Source: Welwitschia mirabilis
Lineage: Eukaryota
Length of the DNA stretch: 33,046 nucleotides
Assembly (NCBI GenBank): GCA_051453625.1
Contig: JBOZIK010000001.1
Span: forward strand, 13,124,682-13,157,727
Reading direction: 5' to 3'
Shown in pieces: positions 1 through 14,326 of the stretch. Both the position numbers and the translations under genes were made by a program. The stretch's first letter is position 1. Each line of letters starts with the position of its first letter. The notes under the pieces are model-generated. The model was not told the DNA's origin. It was given only the letters and a program-made list of their open reading frames with translations, and did no database searches.

Positions 1-1025
1 AATTTTGAGTGCATTAAATTGTTTCTTTAGAAGTTGTAGCAACTGCATTTAGTAGATTTTTTTCAAAAATTTTAGTTTCTCTTTAAGGTTCTCATAGAAT
101 TTGTACAACTAAGTTAAATTCTTCTTTCACCTCTGCCTATTCTTCTCTGATCGTTTTTATTCTTTAGCTTTTTATTCTTATAGAAATTTAAAGTACTTTC
201 TATTACAAACTCAAAATATTAATGGCATGATTTCATCAAATCATTAACTACTCTAAAATCCTTCATAGACTATATGTCCTCAAAAGAAGAAAGAAGAAAT
301 TAATACATGAATTTCTTTGGATTCTTATAAATTTTAAATTTGTAGATCTAGGAGATCTATTTAAGCCATTACAAATCAATAAATTCATTGCCTTTGTCCA
401 TGCTAGAAATTTTTTTCTGGCTGTATTAAAAGTTTTATCAGTAGAGTGTTAAGACAACTTTAAATCAGAAATCACATCTATTCTGTCATTCTAACGATAT
501 CATTGTATAAGATTTTATTATTGCAATCCAATTCAAGCATNNNNNNNNNNNNNNNNNNNNNNNNNNNNNNNNNNNNNNNNNNNNNNNNNNNNNNNNNNNN
601 NNNNNNNNNNNNNNNNNNNNNNNNNNNNNNNNNNNNNNNNCTAGAAATTTTTTCTGGCTATATTAAAAGTTTTATCAGTAGAGTGTTAAGACAACTTTAA
701 ATCAGAAATCACATCTATTTTGTCATTCTAATGATATCATTGTATAATATTTTATTATTGTAATCCAATTCAAGCATCAAGACCTTCATGACATATTATA
801 GCCAACATATTAGCATCTTCTATAATTAACATTAATTTTTCATGTAGAGTAAAGCCCTCATTTTTATTGAACTTATTTAGCTTGATATTTTTAATGAACA
901 GTTTATTAATATCTAGTATTCCTCTAAGTGATACTTCTATAAGCATATTACTTTTATCTTGTTTCAAGAATGCATCAATATAAACTTTAATAGGCTTAGG
1001 ATACTCCAAGACATGCTCTTCTAAA
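1..1025 (-). pseudogene. Unassigned degenerate coding remnant, probably a TE accessory protein with a charged helical C-terminus
   Basis: An 84-codon open stretch at 770-1024 (LEEHVLEYPKPIKVYIDAF...ICHEGLDA). Further downstream on the minus strand there are charged helical segments (RIKTIREE*AEVKEEFNLVVQIL). No family recognised; interrupted by N gaps. Confidence 0.3.
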
Positions 1026-4000
1026 TNNNNNNNNNNNNNNNNNNNNNNNNNNNNNNNNNNNNNNNNNNNNNNNNNNNNNNNNNNNNNNNNNNNNNNNNNN
1101 NNNNNNNNNNNNNNNNNNNNNNNNNNNNNNNNNNNNNNNNNNNNNNNNNNNNNNNNNNNNNNNNNNNNNNNNNNNNNNNNNNNNNNNNNNNNNNNNNNNN
1201 NNNNNNNNNNNNNNNNNNNNNNNNNNNNNNNNNNNNNNNNNNNNNNNNNNNNNNNNNNNNNNNNNNNNNNNNNNNNNNNNNNNNNNNNNNNNNNNNNNNN
1301 NNNNNNNNNNNNNNNNNNNNNNNNNNNNNNNNNNNNNNNNNNNNNNNNNNNNNNNNNNNNNNNNNNNNNNNNNNNNNNNNNNNNNNNNNNNNNNNNNNNN
1401 NNNNNNNNNNNNNNNNNNNNNNNNNNNNNNNNNNNNNNNNNNNNNNNNNNNNNNNNNNNNNNNNNNNNNNNNNNNNNNNNNNNNNNNNNNNNNNNNNNNN
1501 NNNNNNNNNNNNNNNNNNNNNNNNNNNNNNNNNNNNNNNNNNNNNNNNNNNNNNNNNNNNNNNNNNNNNNNNNNNNNNNNNNNNNNNNNNNNNNNNNNNN
1601 NNNNNNNNNNNNNNNNNNNNNNNNNNNNNNNNNNNNNNNNNNNNNNNNNNNNNNNNNNNNNNNNNNNNNNNNNNNNNNNNNNNNNNNNNNNNNNNNNNNN
1701 NNNNNNNNNNNNNNNNNNNNNNNNNNNNNNNNNNNNNNNNNNNNNNNNNNNNNNNNNNNNNNNNNNNNNNNNNNNNNNNNNNNNNNNNNNNNNNNNNNNN
1801 NNNNNNNNNNNNNNNNNNNNNNNNNNNNNNNNNNNNNATTATTATAACTTCTTCTAATTTCAATAAAATAATGGTACATATAATAGTAAAGGAGGAAAAA
1901 TAAAAATAGATAAAGAAGTAGAATTCCTTTGATATATTATTGTAGGAAATAGTAGTACTAGACTTACTTAAATGACATAATAAAATGTAGTAGAGCTAAG
2001 CTTCATAGTAAGAAAAGATTTAAAAAGTATGACCTTTGGCCCTTTTTATAGACTTTGTTTTGTACATCTTAACATGGGCTTTCAAAATAATATTAAAAAT
2101 TTTATTAATTTTTATTATTTTGATTTGATAATCTATTTAAATCTAGCTGATATGTGTTAAGCTAATTTTTAGAAAATGTAGATCTCAAATACCCCTCCAT
2201 ATCATTTATTAAATTAAAAATTGGAGTAACGTCTATACTATTCATTTAACAATGCTTTGGAAAGTAAGAAGGTGTAAAGTAAAACTTCATGTTTTGTTGT
2301 GGTGGAATGCATAGATCTCATTCAATTTTAGCCATTGAACATAACACATCAGCAGTTGACAAACTTCATCTTCATAAAACAAAACAACATTGTGTTTTCT
2401 ATGTTATTAATTTCTAATTTTATAGCATGGTTACTAGGTGTCTTTCTACATTTTTTGTAGAACATCTATAACATACCTATTTTATATATCTTTTTAATTG
2501 TAGTTTGATGTTTCATTACTTCATGATATAGGATTATCGTGCTTCAATTCAACATGGACTTCAGTCTTATTCTTAGATGTTGCATGATATTTTGGTATCT
2601 AGTAGGTGAAAAACTCCTTTTTGATCTTGTTGATCTTCATCTTTATGCTTCTAGTTTGTTACTTTAGTTTCTTCAATAAGGATTATAGGGCATTAATTTT
2701 CAATGAGACCCTATTTTATTCTTAATGAGACATGAATTGTAAAACATTATAAGAATTGACTTCTCTTGGAGTTAGATACTTTAACTTTTGCAACACTTGG
2801 ATTTTCTAGTTATCAATCCATCCACATTCCAATGGTAATTAATTGATAAGACAAATAATGAAACTCTCAATACTAAATGAAAATAACCTCTCTTACTTGC
2901 TTCTTATACTTTTCCAATATAGTTAAATTGTTATGATGCCAGTTCAAATCATTCCTTCTATCATAACTAAAGTTGATTACCATCATTATCTAATGAAATA
3001 AATGAATTTATTGCATTTTATTAATAGTCAAAATCCTATTTAAACCTTTCTAGTTTTCTTAACAAATTTATTTTTTTTATACTACTTTATGTTTCATGAT
3101 AAAGTCATGAGCTTTAATACCATGTTAGAAGTTTTTGCAAAAGTAGAAAGAGGTAGAATTCATCATGGAATTTGGAGTAGGAGTGTTGATTCAATGATAG
3201 AATTAGGTGTGGAGGTCTAAGCTATTTTATGATAACAAAACTAAGAAGTAAATGAATCAAAAATGTTAATATATTTTAAATTTTATTAAGTTAATTAAAT
3301 AATTCATGATTAAGAATTAAAAACAAAACATTATTATAAATTATAGTGTTTAATTTATCAAGTGGTTTCTTTAGTTTTTTTTCATACATCATCCAACTTT
3401 AGATGTGTTTCTTCTTCTTTTATTATTATTATTTCAACTAAATGATCCTTTTTTGATATAGTTTTTTACTAATAAGGAAGGGTCGCATCTTNNNNNNNNN
3501 NNNNNNNNNNNNNNNNNNNNNNNNNNNNNNNNNNNNNNNNNNNNNNNNNNNNNNNNNNNNNNNNNNNNNNNNNNNNNNNNNNNNNNNNNNNNNNNNNNNN
3601 NNNNNNNNNNNNNNNNNNNNNNNNNNNNNNNNNNNNNNNNNNNNNNNNNNNNNNNNNNNNNNNNNNNNNNNNNNNNNNNNNNNNNNNNNNNNNNNNNNNN
3701 NNNNNNNNNNNNNNNNNNNNNNNNNNNNNNNNNNNNNNNNNNNNNNNNNNNNNNNNNNNNNNNNNNNNNNNNNNNNNNNNNNNNNNNNNNNNNNNNNNNN
3801 NNNNNNNNNNNNNNNNNNNNNNNNNNNNNNNNNNNNNNNNNNNNNNNNNNNNNNNNNNNNNNNNNNNNNNNNNNNNNNNNNNNNNNNNNNNNNNNNNNNN
3901 NNNNNNNNNNNNNNNNNNNNNNNNNNNNNNNNNNNNNNNNNNNNNNNNNNNNNNNNNNNNNNNNNNNNNNNNNNNNNNNNNNNNNNNNNNNNGAAGGGTC

Positions 4001-4249
4001 GCATCTTTTAAATGTAAAATGAAACATGTCATTTCTTATTTTATTAATCAAGTTAAAAATTAGTGAATCACTTATATTAATTTTCTAACATTCTGGATGG
4101 GATTAAACTCTACCTAACTAAAATCAAATATATATATTTGAACATGGATTAGAAGATTGAACAAAAAAATCTTCATATGTAATGTATATAATTAATAATG
4201 ATTAGATGCAATCTTGTAAATAATTTTGATGATATAACTTCTTCTCAAA

Positions 4250-7200
4250 TTTAGAACTGCTTAGGTCGTAACTAAGTAGTTCTAAGGAAGATATGGTTTT
4301 CAACATAAAAAGTTTTTATTTCTAGCTATATTTTAAAACTATATTTAACAATTTAGTTTGGTTCTCTTAAGATTCTTACTACACTTATTGAAACATTTTA
4401 AATATTTTGTAGTATCTCTAACTCTTTTGTAGGATGGCTTCTTCATGAAGTATTATTATTACCCTTATTTCAAATGTTTCATTAATTTTTTATAGATAAT
4501 ATTAATTTATATCATAATATTTCTCTCTAACAAATCTTTTACTTAAAAACAAAGAATAACTTTATTTATATAAAAACCCTAATAGCATAAAAAGATCCAA
4601 TCACACCTTGTGTCTTTGTAAATCTCTAATAATACTTCTCTTTGTTTCCAATCTCCATTAAAAAAAACTTTAATAACCTTCATGCAAACATAATATAATA
4701 AATAGTGGACTCTCCCTGAACAAACCACTAATTCAAAATATTCATCATTCCTATGTAAGTAATATTTCGTACTTCACATAAAACTTATCACCTTTTCCAT
4801 CCTACTCCTTTATTAATTCTTAAAGAAAACTCTAATTTACCTCCTTCTTAGTGTTAAGATGGCCTTGAAGAAGCCTTGCTTAGTCATTTTAGAGTTAGAG
4901 AGAGAGGTATAATTATCATTGACTATTCTCTAACTGAAGAAGTTTCTAAATCCATTTCTAAGGATCATGCCTTACATTTTCTTTCAAATTATTAGTTTTC
5001 TTTTCTATCATACATGTATTCTTACATGTATTTCAAATATTTTAATGTCAAAAAATATTGATGATATTTTTATACACTATTACACATATAACTTTATTCT
5101 TACTGAGCTTAAATCTCACTCCATGATTAAGAAATTTCTATTAGTTAAAATCTTTTAGGCATAAATTGTAACTTTTTTCACTCACAAATGAAAATTTAAT
5201 TTTTTTATTGATGATCCTATGCATGAGCATATTTCATGCTATGTAGAGATCCCAAATCTTCCTTTGATTTTTAATTAATAGAGAAATGTATTATTTCAAA
5301 AGTTGATAATGACATTTACCCTCTAGGAAAAGGTTTTGAGTTTTATCAAAAATGCCATTTTATAAAAGTCATGGTTTTGGAGTAAGTACATTTCTTAACT
5401 TTATAATCGGTGTATACATTTTTATCAAAAGGGTCAAATAATTTAATTTACTAAACTCTTATAACTATTATTAATGTGAAGGCAACCATGCTTCTATATG
5501 TCAATTTTTAGGTTGAAAGAAAGAATGATATGACATTCTTGTAAAGTATTTGATTTCTATGACTAGTTTTTAATGCTCTTAAGTGAATTTTATCTTTGAA
5601 AAATTCACTACAACTACTTGTTCTCCTTGTACTTAACATTTTAAAAGGACAAGGCAACCTTAACAACAATCTATTTCATTGAAGCCATAACTCCTATAGC
5701 TCTTATTTCTCTTACAATAACCTCTATTCATGCTTCTAAACCTCTAATCAATCTGTTATTATCCTAAGACATGATATCTATTTGAGGATGAATTTGTACT
5801 GATAAAAAATAAGAATGTAAAGGCATCTTCAACTCATGATTAAAAATGAGCATCTTCTAATGCCTTAGGTTCTAATTATCTGTGAAACATAAGAATTTTT
5901 CTTAGGCTCTCTCTAATACCATGGAAGTTGATAATCTCATTATAAATCTTCACAAGGATAACATAAATAAAAAACTTATTAATGATTCATGAACATTTTA
6001 TCATGGAATGTTTAAAGTCTAATAGATAGGCCTTAACATAAGAGAGATAACGATTTTCTCTCTAGATTAAGTAATCATTTTAATTTCATGCTACTTCAAA
6101 AATTCAAGATTTATTTTATAAATATTTCTTTTTTAGCACACTCTTTTATTTTTAACTTTACTATCTTAGTTGCCAATCATGATAAAGGTAGAGGTGTGCA
6201 ATTCTCTTTTTTTCCCCCTCTGGTCTTTTTAGAAAGGTAAATCATTTTAATCTTATTCATTCTCTACTTATAAAAGTGTCTGAGCCATATTCTCTTATAT
6301 TCATAATCCTTTGGTATTTGTTCTCTCTATGCTCCCAATAACTAAGATGATCTATTTCAATCATGGCAATATGTTTTTGCTATTCTTCTTTTAATTCCTT
6401 TGATCACTGATGGAGATTTCAATATGATAGAATTTATAGATAATAAAATTGAGGGAACTTTATCTTTTATATTTGAAGTTGAGTACCAATACTAGCTCAC
6501 TTTTAAGAAGAACTAGTTATTTAATAGACATAAATAATACAAACTCTTAACATTTATTTAATTAATATAGTTGTATCAATTATCACATGTACCAGGATTG
6601 AATTTTTGATTGACTTAACAAGATCTTTTTTTAATTATCCTTAATTTTTAGTTAACTAGTTCTCTTGTTAAGGTTCTTTAACATGCTAGTATGTCTAATC
6701 TTTTTCTAATCCTCATTTAAGTAGAAAGTAATTCCTCAATAAGGACAACTTATTGTTTATTTCATCTGTATGAAAATTTATTCTCTTCTTTAACAATGAA
6801 GGAAATTCTTCATAATATTTAGAATGTGTAGCCTAGACCCATGGGTTACATAGGCTAGATTACTTAGTGATGTCATGATGGGTATTAAGTAAATAAGTTT
6901 ACAAGATAATTTGATAAAGGCTTTTTGAGAAAAACCAAAGTACTTCAAACTACAATAAATAATAACAGACCTCTCTTTCCAACTTACTCATGATTCTTTT
7001 AATTCTTTTATTTATGTTTAATTAGCTAATGTTAAAAATAAATTTTTTAAAGTGGAAAGTTAACAAAGTAGAGATCACTTTAATTAAGAGTAGAATGGCT
7101 TAACTTAACATTTAAGATGAAAATTATAAGGGAATTTTCAAATACTTAAAACATGATTTACCTCTATGAAGATTAAATCTCTCCTTTAATGGATATTTGA

Positions 7201-10095
7201 TTACTAATTATGATCCACAATAATCTTATCTCAAAGATCATTTTGCACAACTATTCAAATCTAATCCAATGAATTTAGCTCATTTTGAAAAGGATACATG
7301 CTTATATTCTCAGCTAGTTTCTCTTATAATATCTTGTATGTTTGATTAATACATCACAATTGATGAATTAAAAGCATCTTGCTTTTTTATTAAGACTAGT
7401 AAGACACAAGTACATGATGGTTTCCAAGTTGAATCCTTTAAAGATCATTGGGTTATTATCAAGTAGGACCTTTTTAATATCATTCATAAATTAATTGAGG
7501 TTGATTCTTTAGGAATAAAGCTAAATCAAGGAATAATCTACTTACTTCTTAAGTTAGGATATTTATCACAAGTTTATAAATGAAATTCTATTACTTTGTT
7601 GAATATTATTTATGAAATATGAATTAAATGTTTACCTTTACTACTTAAGCCTAGATATTATTTCAAATCAATAAATTAACTTCATTTTTAATAGATACAT
7701 TTTAAGTAATCTAGTTATTTCTTGAGAGGGTCTTTAGTGGGAAAAATGTAGTAAATAAGAGGTGCTTCTTCAGCTTGATTAAGCTAGATCATATGAAAAA
7801 GTCCAATGGGACTTTATTCTTCACATTATGCAAAATCCAGGAGTTGACCAATACTTTATTCACATGGTTTAGTGCTTATTTTAGGGTGTTAATGCTTGTG
7901 TTGTGACATAATATGAGACTAGTTCATATTTTTCAATACAAGGTCCTATTCATCAAGGTTAATATCTACCACCTTACTTGTTGATCATAGTAATTGATTA
8001 TTTGTTTCATCATATTTAGTAGAATATTTAGAATTAAAAAAATAAAGAAATTATTCTTACTAGAGCTGATAACCAACTTTTGAATACGCATTTTTTAGAT
8101 GATTTTATTCTTCTTTATGAAGAACCACATAGAAGATATTAAATGGATTCTTTACTAACTTCATTAATATTACTCTTTGTTAAAATTTTCTATTAATTGA
8201 TCTAAGTATTTATTTTATAGTTATAAAGTTCATCCTTAAAATATACTAGTAAAAGTTTATTATAGAGTGTAAAAGAAGGAAATTATCAAGCATTTAGACA
8301 TTCCTTTTAGTTTGGACATTTCCCCTTTTACTCTTTAGTGGTTTAAAAAGTTCAAAAGAAACTAGATAAATGAAAAACTAGTTATCTTACTCTTATGGGC
8401 AAACATCTATTTTGTAAATCTATTTTACTTCTACACAATTTTATTATTCTTCATACTAGGATGCTTTGTTTTCAGCTTATCAAAGTTAAAGAGGATTTTT
8501 TAAAAATTTTATATGGTTCTTATTTCAAAAATTTTATATGTTTATTTCAAAAATTTTATATGGTCCTTAATAGATTTATGGTAAAGCTTTATTTGAATCA
8601 CTTGGAATATTCCAATTGTTTCTAAAGATCAAGGTGGACTAGCCTTTATTAATTCTTTTAAGTAAGGTCTAATGTCTATGGATAAATAGTTATTTTAATA
8701 CTTATAGATAAATGATTTTATTGGTACCTTTTTATAGTTGATATTACAATAAGCCTATCCTACTAATCATTCTTTATAGAAATGTATACATTTTTTTAAT
8801 TAGAGTTCCCCCTACTATGATAATCTTCTAGGCACACGTCTCTTCTAAGGTATTTCGTTCTCATGAAAAATTATGTATTCTTAAACTATATGCGGAAAAA
8901 AATCATACCTCCATACTCACTCCAAAATTTTTTTACTCAAATCCAAATTAACTATGTAATGGCATCAAAAACCATTTTCTCACTTTCTTATTTTATATTA
9001 ACAGGTTAATGAATTTCTTAGGACACTTTCAAAAATTTATACAAAAAATTCTCTAATACTTTTTAATTGTTTTATTCCATTACATACATTTTTCATTTAG
9101 TTAATCTCTCTAAATACTACTCTTCACTAGGTCTTTAAAGGTTTGCAATGATTTAACAACTTAATAATTTTATCGTTAAGACTTAGATCCCATTCAAAAT
9201 CCTTTATGATTATACTACTATAGTAGCTCACTATAATAGAATGTAAACTAATTAAAAAAAGATAGCCTTTTGGAATTCTGTTTTCAATAATATCTAGAAA
9301 ACTCCAATGATTCCTAAAATAAAAGAGTCCTTGTGGAATCTTCTTCATCAAGATTTACTAGTCAATTAACATTTACAATGTTTGGACTTTATTTAAAACC
9401 TTTTTTCCCCTCAATGTGAACATGAAGATAGTTTTGTGCATGTTTTATGGCTTTCCCTTTTACTATAAACACCTAGATAGGAACATGCCACATCCTTCAA
9501 GATGTGTATCTTGTAGAGTCTATGCTATTCTTTGGCTCTTTCCAAATATCAATAGACATCTTTAGTTTCTTTAGAATGTATTCTATTTTATTGTTCTATT
9601 ATATATCTGCAAATAGCAGCATAATGTTATTTGTCAAAGAATAAAGAACTCTCCTCCTTATTCTTTATTCATTGCAGAACTGACTAATCTACTTTCAAAT
9701 TCTTACATTGGTGAAGAGGGTTAAATTAGAAGTAAACTATCTAGTGAAATAGCTTAAGCACTACTTTGATCAATAGCATAACACTCATGAATACACTTTT
9801 ATAGTCATAAGTTCTTCACATTTGTTTCTTATCATCATTTGTTTTGGCCTAGGTTTTCAAGTTGTTTTATTTAATGTTGGACTTGGTTACTATTTTTTTA
9901 ACACATTTTAAATTTATTATTTTTGGATACTTTATGAAATATTTTTTGGGATCTAACATCCCCCTCTGTAGATAAGAGTTTTATTGAAAATGCTAACCCT
10001 CAGCCCCTAATTATTTGAGATATTACAGCATAATGTAATTCTTAGACCTTTATTTTCTTCATATGAATCATTTAATAATTTAAGCATTTAACTTT
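4250..10095 (+). mobile_element. Degenerate non-LTR retrotransposon (L1 superfamily), LINE-A; 5' boundary and ORF1 poorly defined
   Basis: Collinear APE endonuclease, RT and C-terminal zinc-finger motifs at 5989-9630, followed by a T-rich 3' UTR-like tail to about 10095. The 5' limit is a guess and no TSD was found. Confidence 0.75.
5989..9760 (+). pseudogene. LINE-A ORF2 (APE endonuclease, reverse transcriptase, zinc finger), many stops and frameshifts
   Basis: MNILSWNV*SL at 5989 (=SWNVRGL); LYAPNN ~6325; GDFN 6412-6423; KTQVHDGFQVESFKDHW ~7401 (=KSPGPDGF..EFF); ITLLNIIYEI ~7590; LD*ARSYEKVQW ~7775; IHQG*YLPPYL ~7948; HFLDD ~8089 (YADD box); KDQGGL ~8624; HVLW ~9438. Confidence 0.9.
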
Positions 10096-13007
10096 TAAAA
10101 GGAGAACATCTAGATTAAAATGCATAACTGTGTGAACATAGACTTATTAAGAAATCTTAGAACTCCATCTTATAATTTCATCTCAAAATAATGTAATGTA
10201 AGTTACTCTAAATCAGATATTTTATAAAGTGAAATTATGATTAAAGAGATATTACATTTATACTAAGATTTTGAAAATTTAGTTGAGTCTTATAAAATTA
10301 TTTCTTTTTTGGTAATAAAATGAGAGCCCAATCATGTTACAGATGAGCCATAAAATGATTAATTGAAAACTATTTCTTATTTATTGCATTGTAAGGTATA
10401 AGTTTTTCATTGTCGATTGACATAGTACTTTTCATAGTTTACATTCTTAATCTTATTATAAATACAACTTGAAATCAAAAGAAATGTACTATGGAATTTT
10501 AATATAAACTTAATTAAAACTAAATGTAATAAATTTAAAATGCTTAATTCTTACTTTTTTCCAAGTAATTAATATCTTTATTAATCCTCTCGACTATATG
10601 TATTCCATTCTCTTTTGTTTTAGTATTTTTGTCTTCATGTGATAGACTTTTATAAATTTTTGTTGTGCTATAAACTATTATCATTATGATAAGGATTCCA
10701 TTATTATAGATTTATTAATAATATGAGTAGTTTATTAGTGTAAGTTATTTAATACAAAAACCTTAGTCTTAATGTCTAGTACTCTTAAGAATGTGAAATA
10801 AATTAAAGGTTATTATATCTATCTATAAACCTTTTTTAAGGAAGCATTCTTCAATCACTTAGAAATGGTAGTGCTTACTAATGAATTACACTTTCATCTT
10901 TACCATCTTTAATGAAACATATGGCTAACCAAACTCATCAAAATATTACTCATAGACCTATTATGTTAAACAAATTTACAAAGATTACCTCTCGTATAAT
11001 AAGCAATATACATAGGTATTCTTAGCTAAACATTATATATATATGAATTATATGTTTATTCTAGTATAAATATGATTTGACTAAGAAGTTCTTAATATGA
11101 TAATTTAAAGTACATAATCTATATGAAAATTTTAAATAGCTTACTCAAATATACTAGATTATTTATCTGTAATAGAAATATAACATGTCTGAGAGAGTAT
11201 TAAAGTTGTAGGCTTTAAGCCTAATAACAAGACAACTTAAAGTATTACACATAACTATTATCTTTTCCAAAATTTTTGTAAATGGTAAGTCATGTTAAGA
11301 TAATAAATTTTGGTGGAGAAATTTCTTATGTGTAATATTTTATTTGATCTTGTTATCTAACCTATAGCCTAAATATTTGATACTCTCTAGACAATGTTAT
11401 ATCTATGCTACATATAAATAAGCTAGTAGTATGGAGCTACAAACATATATGTTATGATTCTATGATTATATTAATGTAAAATTTTAACATAACGAGATAT
11501 ATTAATAATAATTTACTCTGTTAGGAATTAAAATCATATAGAATATATCATAAGAATGAATGCTGTAAAATTTTATGTTAAAAATATATTAAAATGTTTT
11601 CAAATTTTATGTAAAATATATTAATTTTTTGGGCTATATATGCACATGGTTTCATGAATGAAATATTTTAAAATAATTATATCCATGTGATAAAAATCAT
11701 TCAAAATGTAAGAACATATTTATTGCATAGAAAATTTACAATATTGAAAATAAGAAATATAAAATAAAATTTACTACATAAATGGCTTAACTAAATTTTA
11801 AATATATATTTGGAAATGACATCAATATTTTAATTTCATATTATAAATCTAACAAATAAATAAGAGTGTATCCTCATTATTTGTAAAATTTAATAACAAA
11901 GGTATTAGGAAATATAGAAAGGCTTTAATGAATGAAAAGTAGATAGCTCAATACAGTTATGATAATTTCAAATTATATTATGTCATACATGGCCCTCCTC
12001 TTTAGGAAATAAAAAAATACTTTAAGGAATAGGGAAAAATCCAATTTAGTAGGGACAATTTATAACATTATGCATATGATCATCTTCTATAGTGCTTAAT
12101 ATTTCATCTATCTTTTTGTCATATTCTTCTTTATTAAATTGTTTTTTTTTTTTTTATATAAGTTTTCTCATTTCTTGAGATAGAAAGTACTCCATATAGA
12201 TGTGAACTATCATTGCAATAATGGTAAGAGAATATTACTAACATAAACTATAATTTTTTCCAATGTAAATATTAAATTTATCCATTAAGTAATGAATGTC
12301 TACTTTGGCATTTTAAATGCATGTATTTAGTCTAATTAAGATATCATGAAGGAAATTTCCAAATTAGGATTTAAAGAAATCACTTACAAAAAAAAATTTC
12401 TTTAATGGTTTAGGAATATGATTGGACCTTTCTGAAAAATGTTTGCTTTGCTTTCTCTATTACTTTAGGGCCATTGTAATTTACAACCAGTAATGTTTAA
12501 GATGGATAATGGTTGATCTTTTTTCCCTCGATCTTTACCTTTTTCTTTTTTCCATTAGTATTATAGCTTCTATATGATAGGATAATAGGAACAAGGTAAT
12601 ATTCCATCTTTAATCCTAAGGACTTTCTTTGTGACATACTATTGTTTGAATTTAATTTATCATATAATCCAATGAATGTCTTTGAAAAGTAAATAGTTAT
12701 TTTTATTAATAGATAATAATTTAACATTTTGAAATAAATTTAAAAGAAGTAGTGTTTTCTTCTAAGTAATAAGAGTACATTAAAATATGTTTAACGAAGA
12801 ACAAAATTAGAAATAAAGACTAACTATAATTTTGAATTAAAAACTCTAATAATGTTACCCTTGAATTTTTACATTGAAAATGAAAGTTTTAAGAATTTGG
12901 TTAGAATATATATGTCAAATAGTAAAACACTACATTATACTCTTTAAGTAGTGATAATATTAATACTTTTACAAATGAAAATTACAAAGAGCTATCACAT
13001 GTAAGAA

Positions 13008-13016
13008 ATGATGCAT
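13008..13016 (+). repeat. Candidate left target-site duplication of LINE-B (ATGATGCAT)
   Basis: An identical 9-mer lies at 19409-19417; this copy sits at the compositional change from AT-rich flank to the LINE 5' UTR. Confidence 0.6.
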
Positions 13017-13232
13017 TTCGGAGATAGAAGGCTAGTTCACAGGTGGAGATATAGGAGCTAGAATTTTGGATGTTTCATGATTAGGAAGAATAGTTTCAGT
13101 CTAGGGGAGCTATGGCATGTAGAGGGGCGATTTCGGCTAGGTTTCAGGTGCTCAGGAAGGTTATTTATAGTTTTTCTCTTATTTTAAAATTGCTTTAAAG
13201 TAGCTTTTTAAGGTAGTCATCTAGCCCTTGAA

Positions 13233-14320
13233 ATGGAGAAGATTCAATTCTCTAAGTAAGAGAAAACCCTTATTTTGAATAGATGAAAATGCATGTTCAC
13301 AAATAGAGAAGAAACTTCAATATAGCTTGATAGGTAAGTCCATTTTGTCAAGCCCCAGGCCTAGACTAGACCTCATCAGGGAATGTGTGGCCACCAAGTG
13401 AATAAGAGTCGGTAGAGTATAGGTTATCATCATGTTAGAAACCTTGGTCCTTGTTTAGCTTAGTAATGAATAGAATAGAGATGAAGTTATTACTAGAGAT
13501 CCATGGTTCTGTGGAACAAGAGGACTAGCACTAGCTAATTAGACTCCAAAGACATAAGTAGACTTGCATCTGTTTAAGAAGTTACCTATCTAGATTTGAA
13601 TAATAGATTTCCTCTCGAGCTCTGGGATGAGAATCTTTTAAAAAGAATTGCCTCTCAATTCAAAGAACTGATTAAACTAGATAGAATCACCATTAAACAA
13701 ACCAAACTAGTCTTAGTAAGATTTTGTCTTTAAATAAGCCTTGAAGAGATAAAAAAGATCTAATCTATTAAGTTTAGATCCAAATAGAAAATGTACAATC
13801 TAGACATCACTTATGAGAACCTCCTAATAACATGTGAGACATGTGAAAACATTAGAGATACCCTAGAAAAATGTGTTACAATAGGGAAAAATGCACACAC
13901 TGCGGGAAAAAGGCCATGAAAGAGATGAGTATGGGAAGAGATAAATAGAGATTGAGAATAAGTAGAAAGAAGCTTGCTTTTTCTATGGAAAATTAGGGCA
14001 CATCCAAAGTGATTACTAGCATGAATAGAAAAAAGAAAAAATGATTAAGAATATAATGGTATATCCTAAGGAAAAGAAAGATATAAAAAAATTATGAGCA
14101 TAATCCATTCCAGCACCTATCGAAAGATGAGGGAGACATGCTCCAATTTGAGAAATACATAAAAAAAGATGAGCTAAATGATGTTGAAATACACATGAAA
14201 TGTAGGCCCAACAAGATAGTGTTAAAATATAGGAAAGGAAAAAGAACATGGCAAATACTTCCCAGGTAACAATCAAAATACTTTAAAAAAAAGTTAAGGT
14301 GCACCCAAAAAGAGGTAAAA
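13233..14320 (+). pseudogene. LINE-B ORF1 (DUF4283-like domain plus zinc knuckle)
   Basis: SLIGK ~13324; RDPWFCGTRGLALAN*TP ~13495-13548; FPLELWDENLLKRIASQFKELIKLDRIT...LVRFC ~13610-13728; YENLLITCETCENIRDTLEKC at 13812-13874 (decayed CX2CX4HX4C). Confidence 0.85.
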
Positions 14321-14326
14321 GTAGAC

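Noticed and set aside
404-777. Near-identical direct repeats flanking N gaps (also 23036/23215, ~23390/23553, 25729/25914, 28681/28903, 29463/29904, 3476/3992)
   Set aside because: Each pair abuts a gap, mostly of 100 N, and differs by a few substitutions. This is typical of unmerged contig overlaps or haplotypes, i.e. assembly artefacts rather than biological tandem duplications.
2521-2880. Possible decayed minus-strand ORF
   Set aside because: About 8 stops in 120 codons, close to chance for this composition, and no recognisable motif.
770-4051. Long ORFs of 187-369 aa in the ORF track (also 15157-15870 and 29441-30049)
   Set aside because: Their length is due to runs of N translated as X.
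5157-5460. MITE-like insertion within LINE-A
   Set aside because: Only weak terminal complementarity and no TSD found.
10100-13007. Possible host exons or regulatory sequence
   Set aside because: Very AT-rich with scattered GTAAG sites but no consistent exon chain or motif that I can support.
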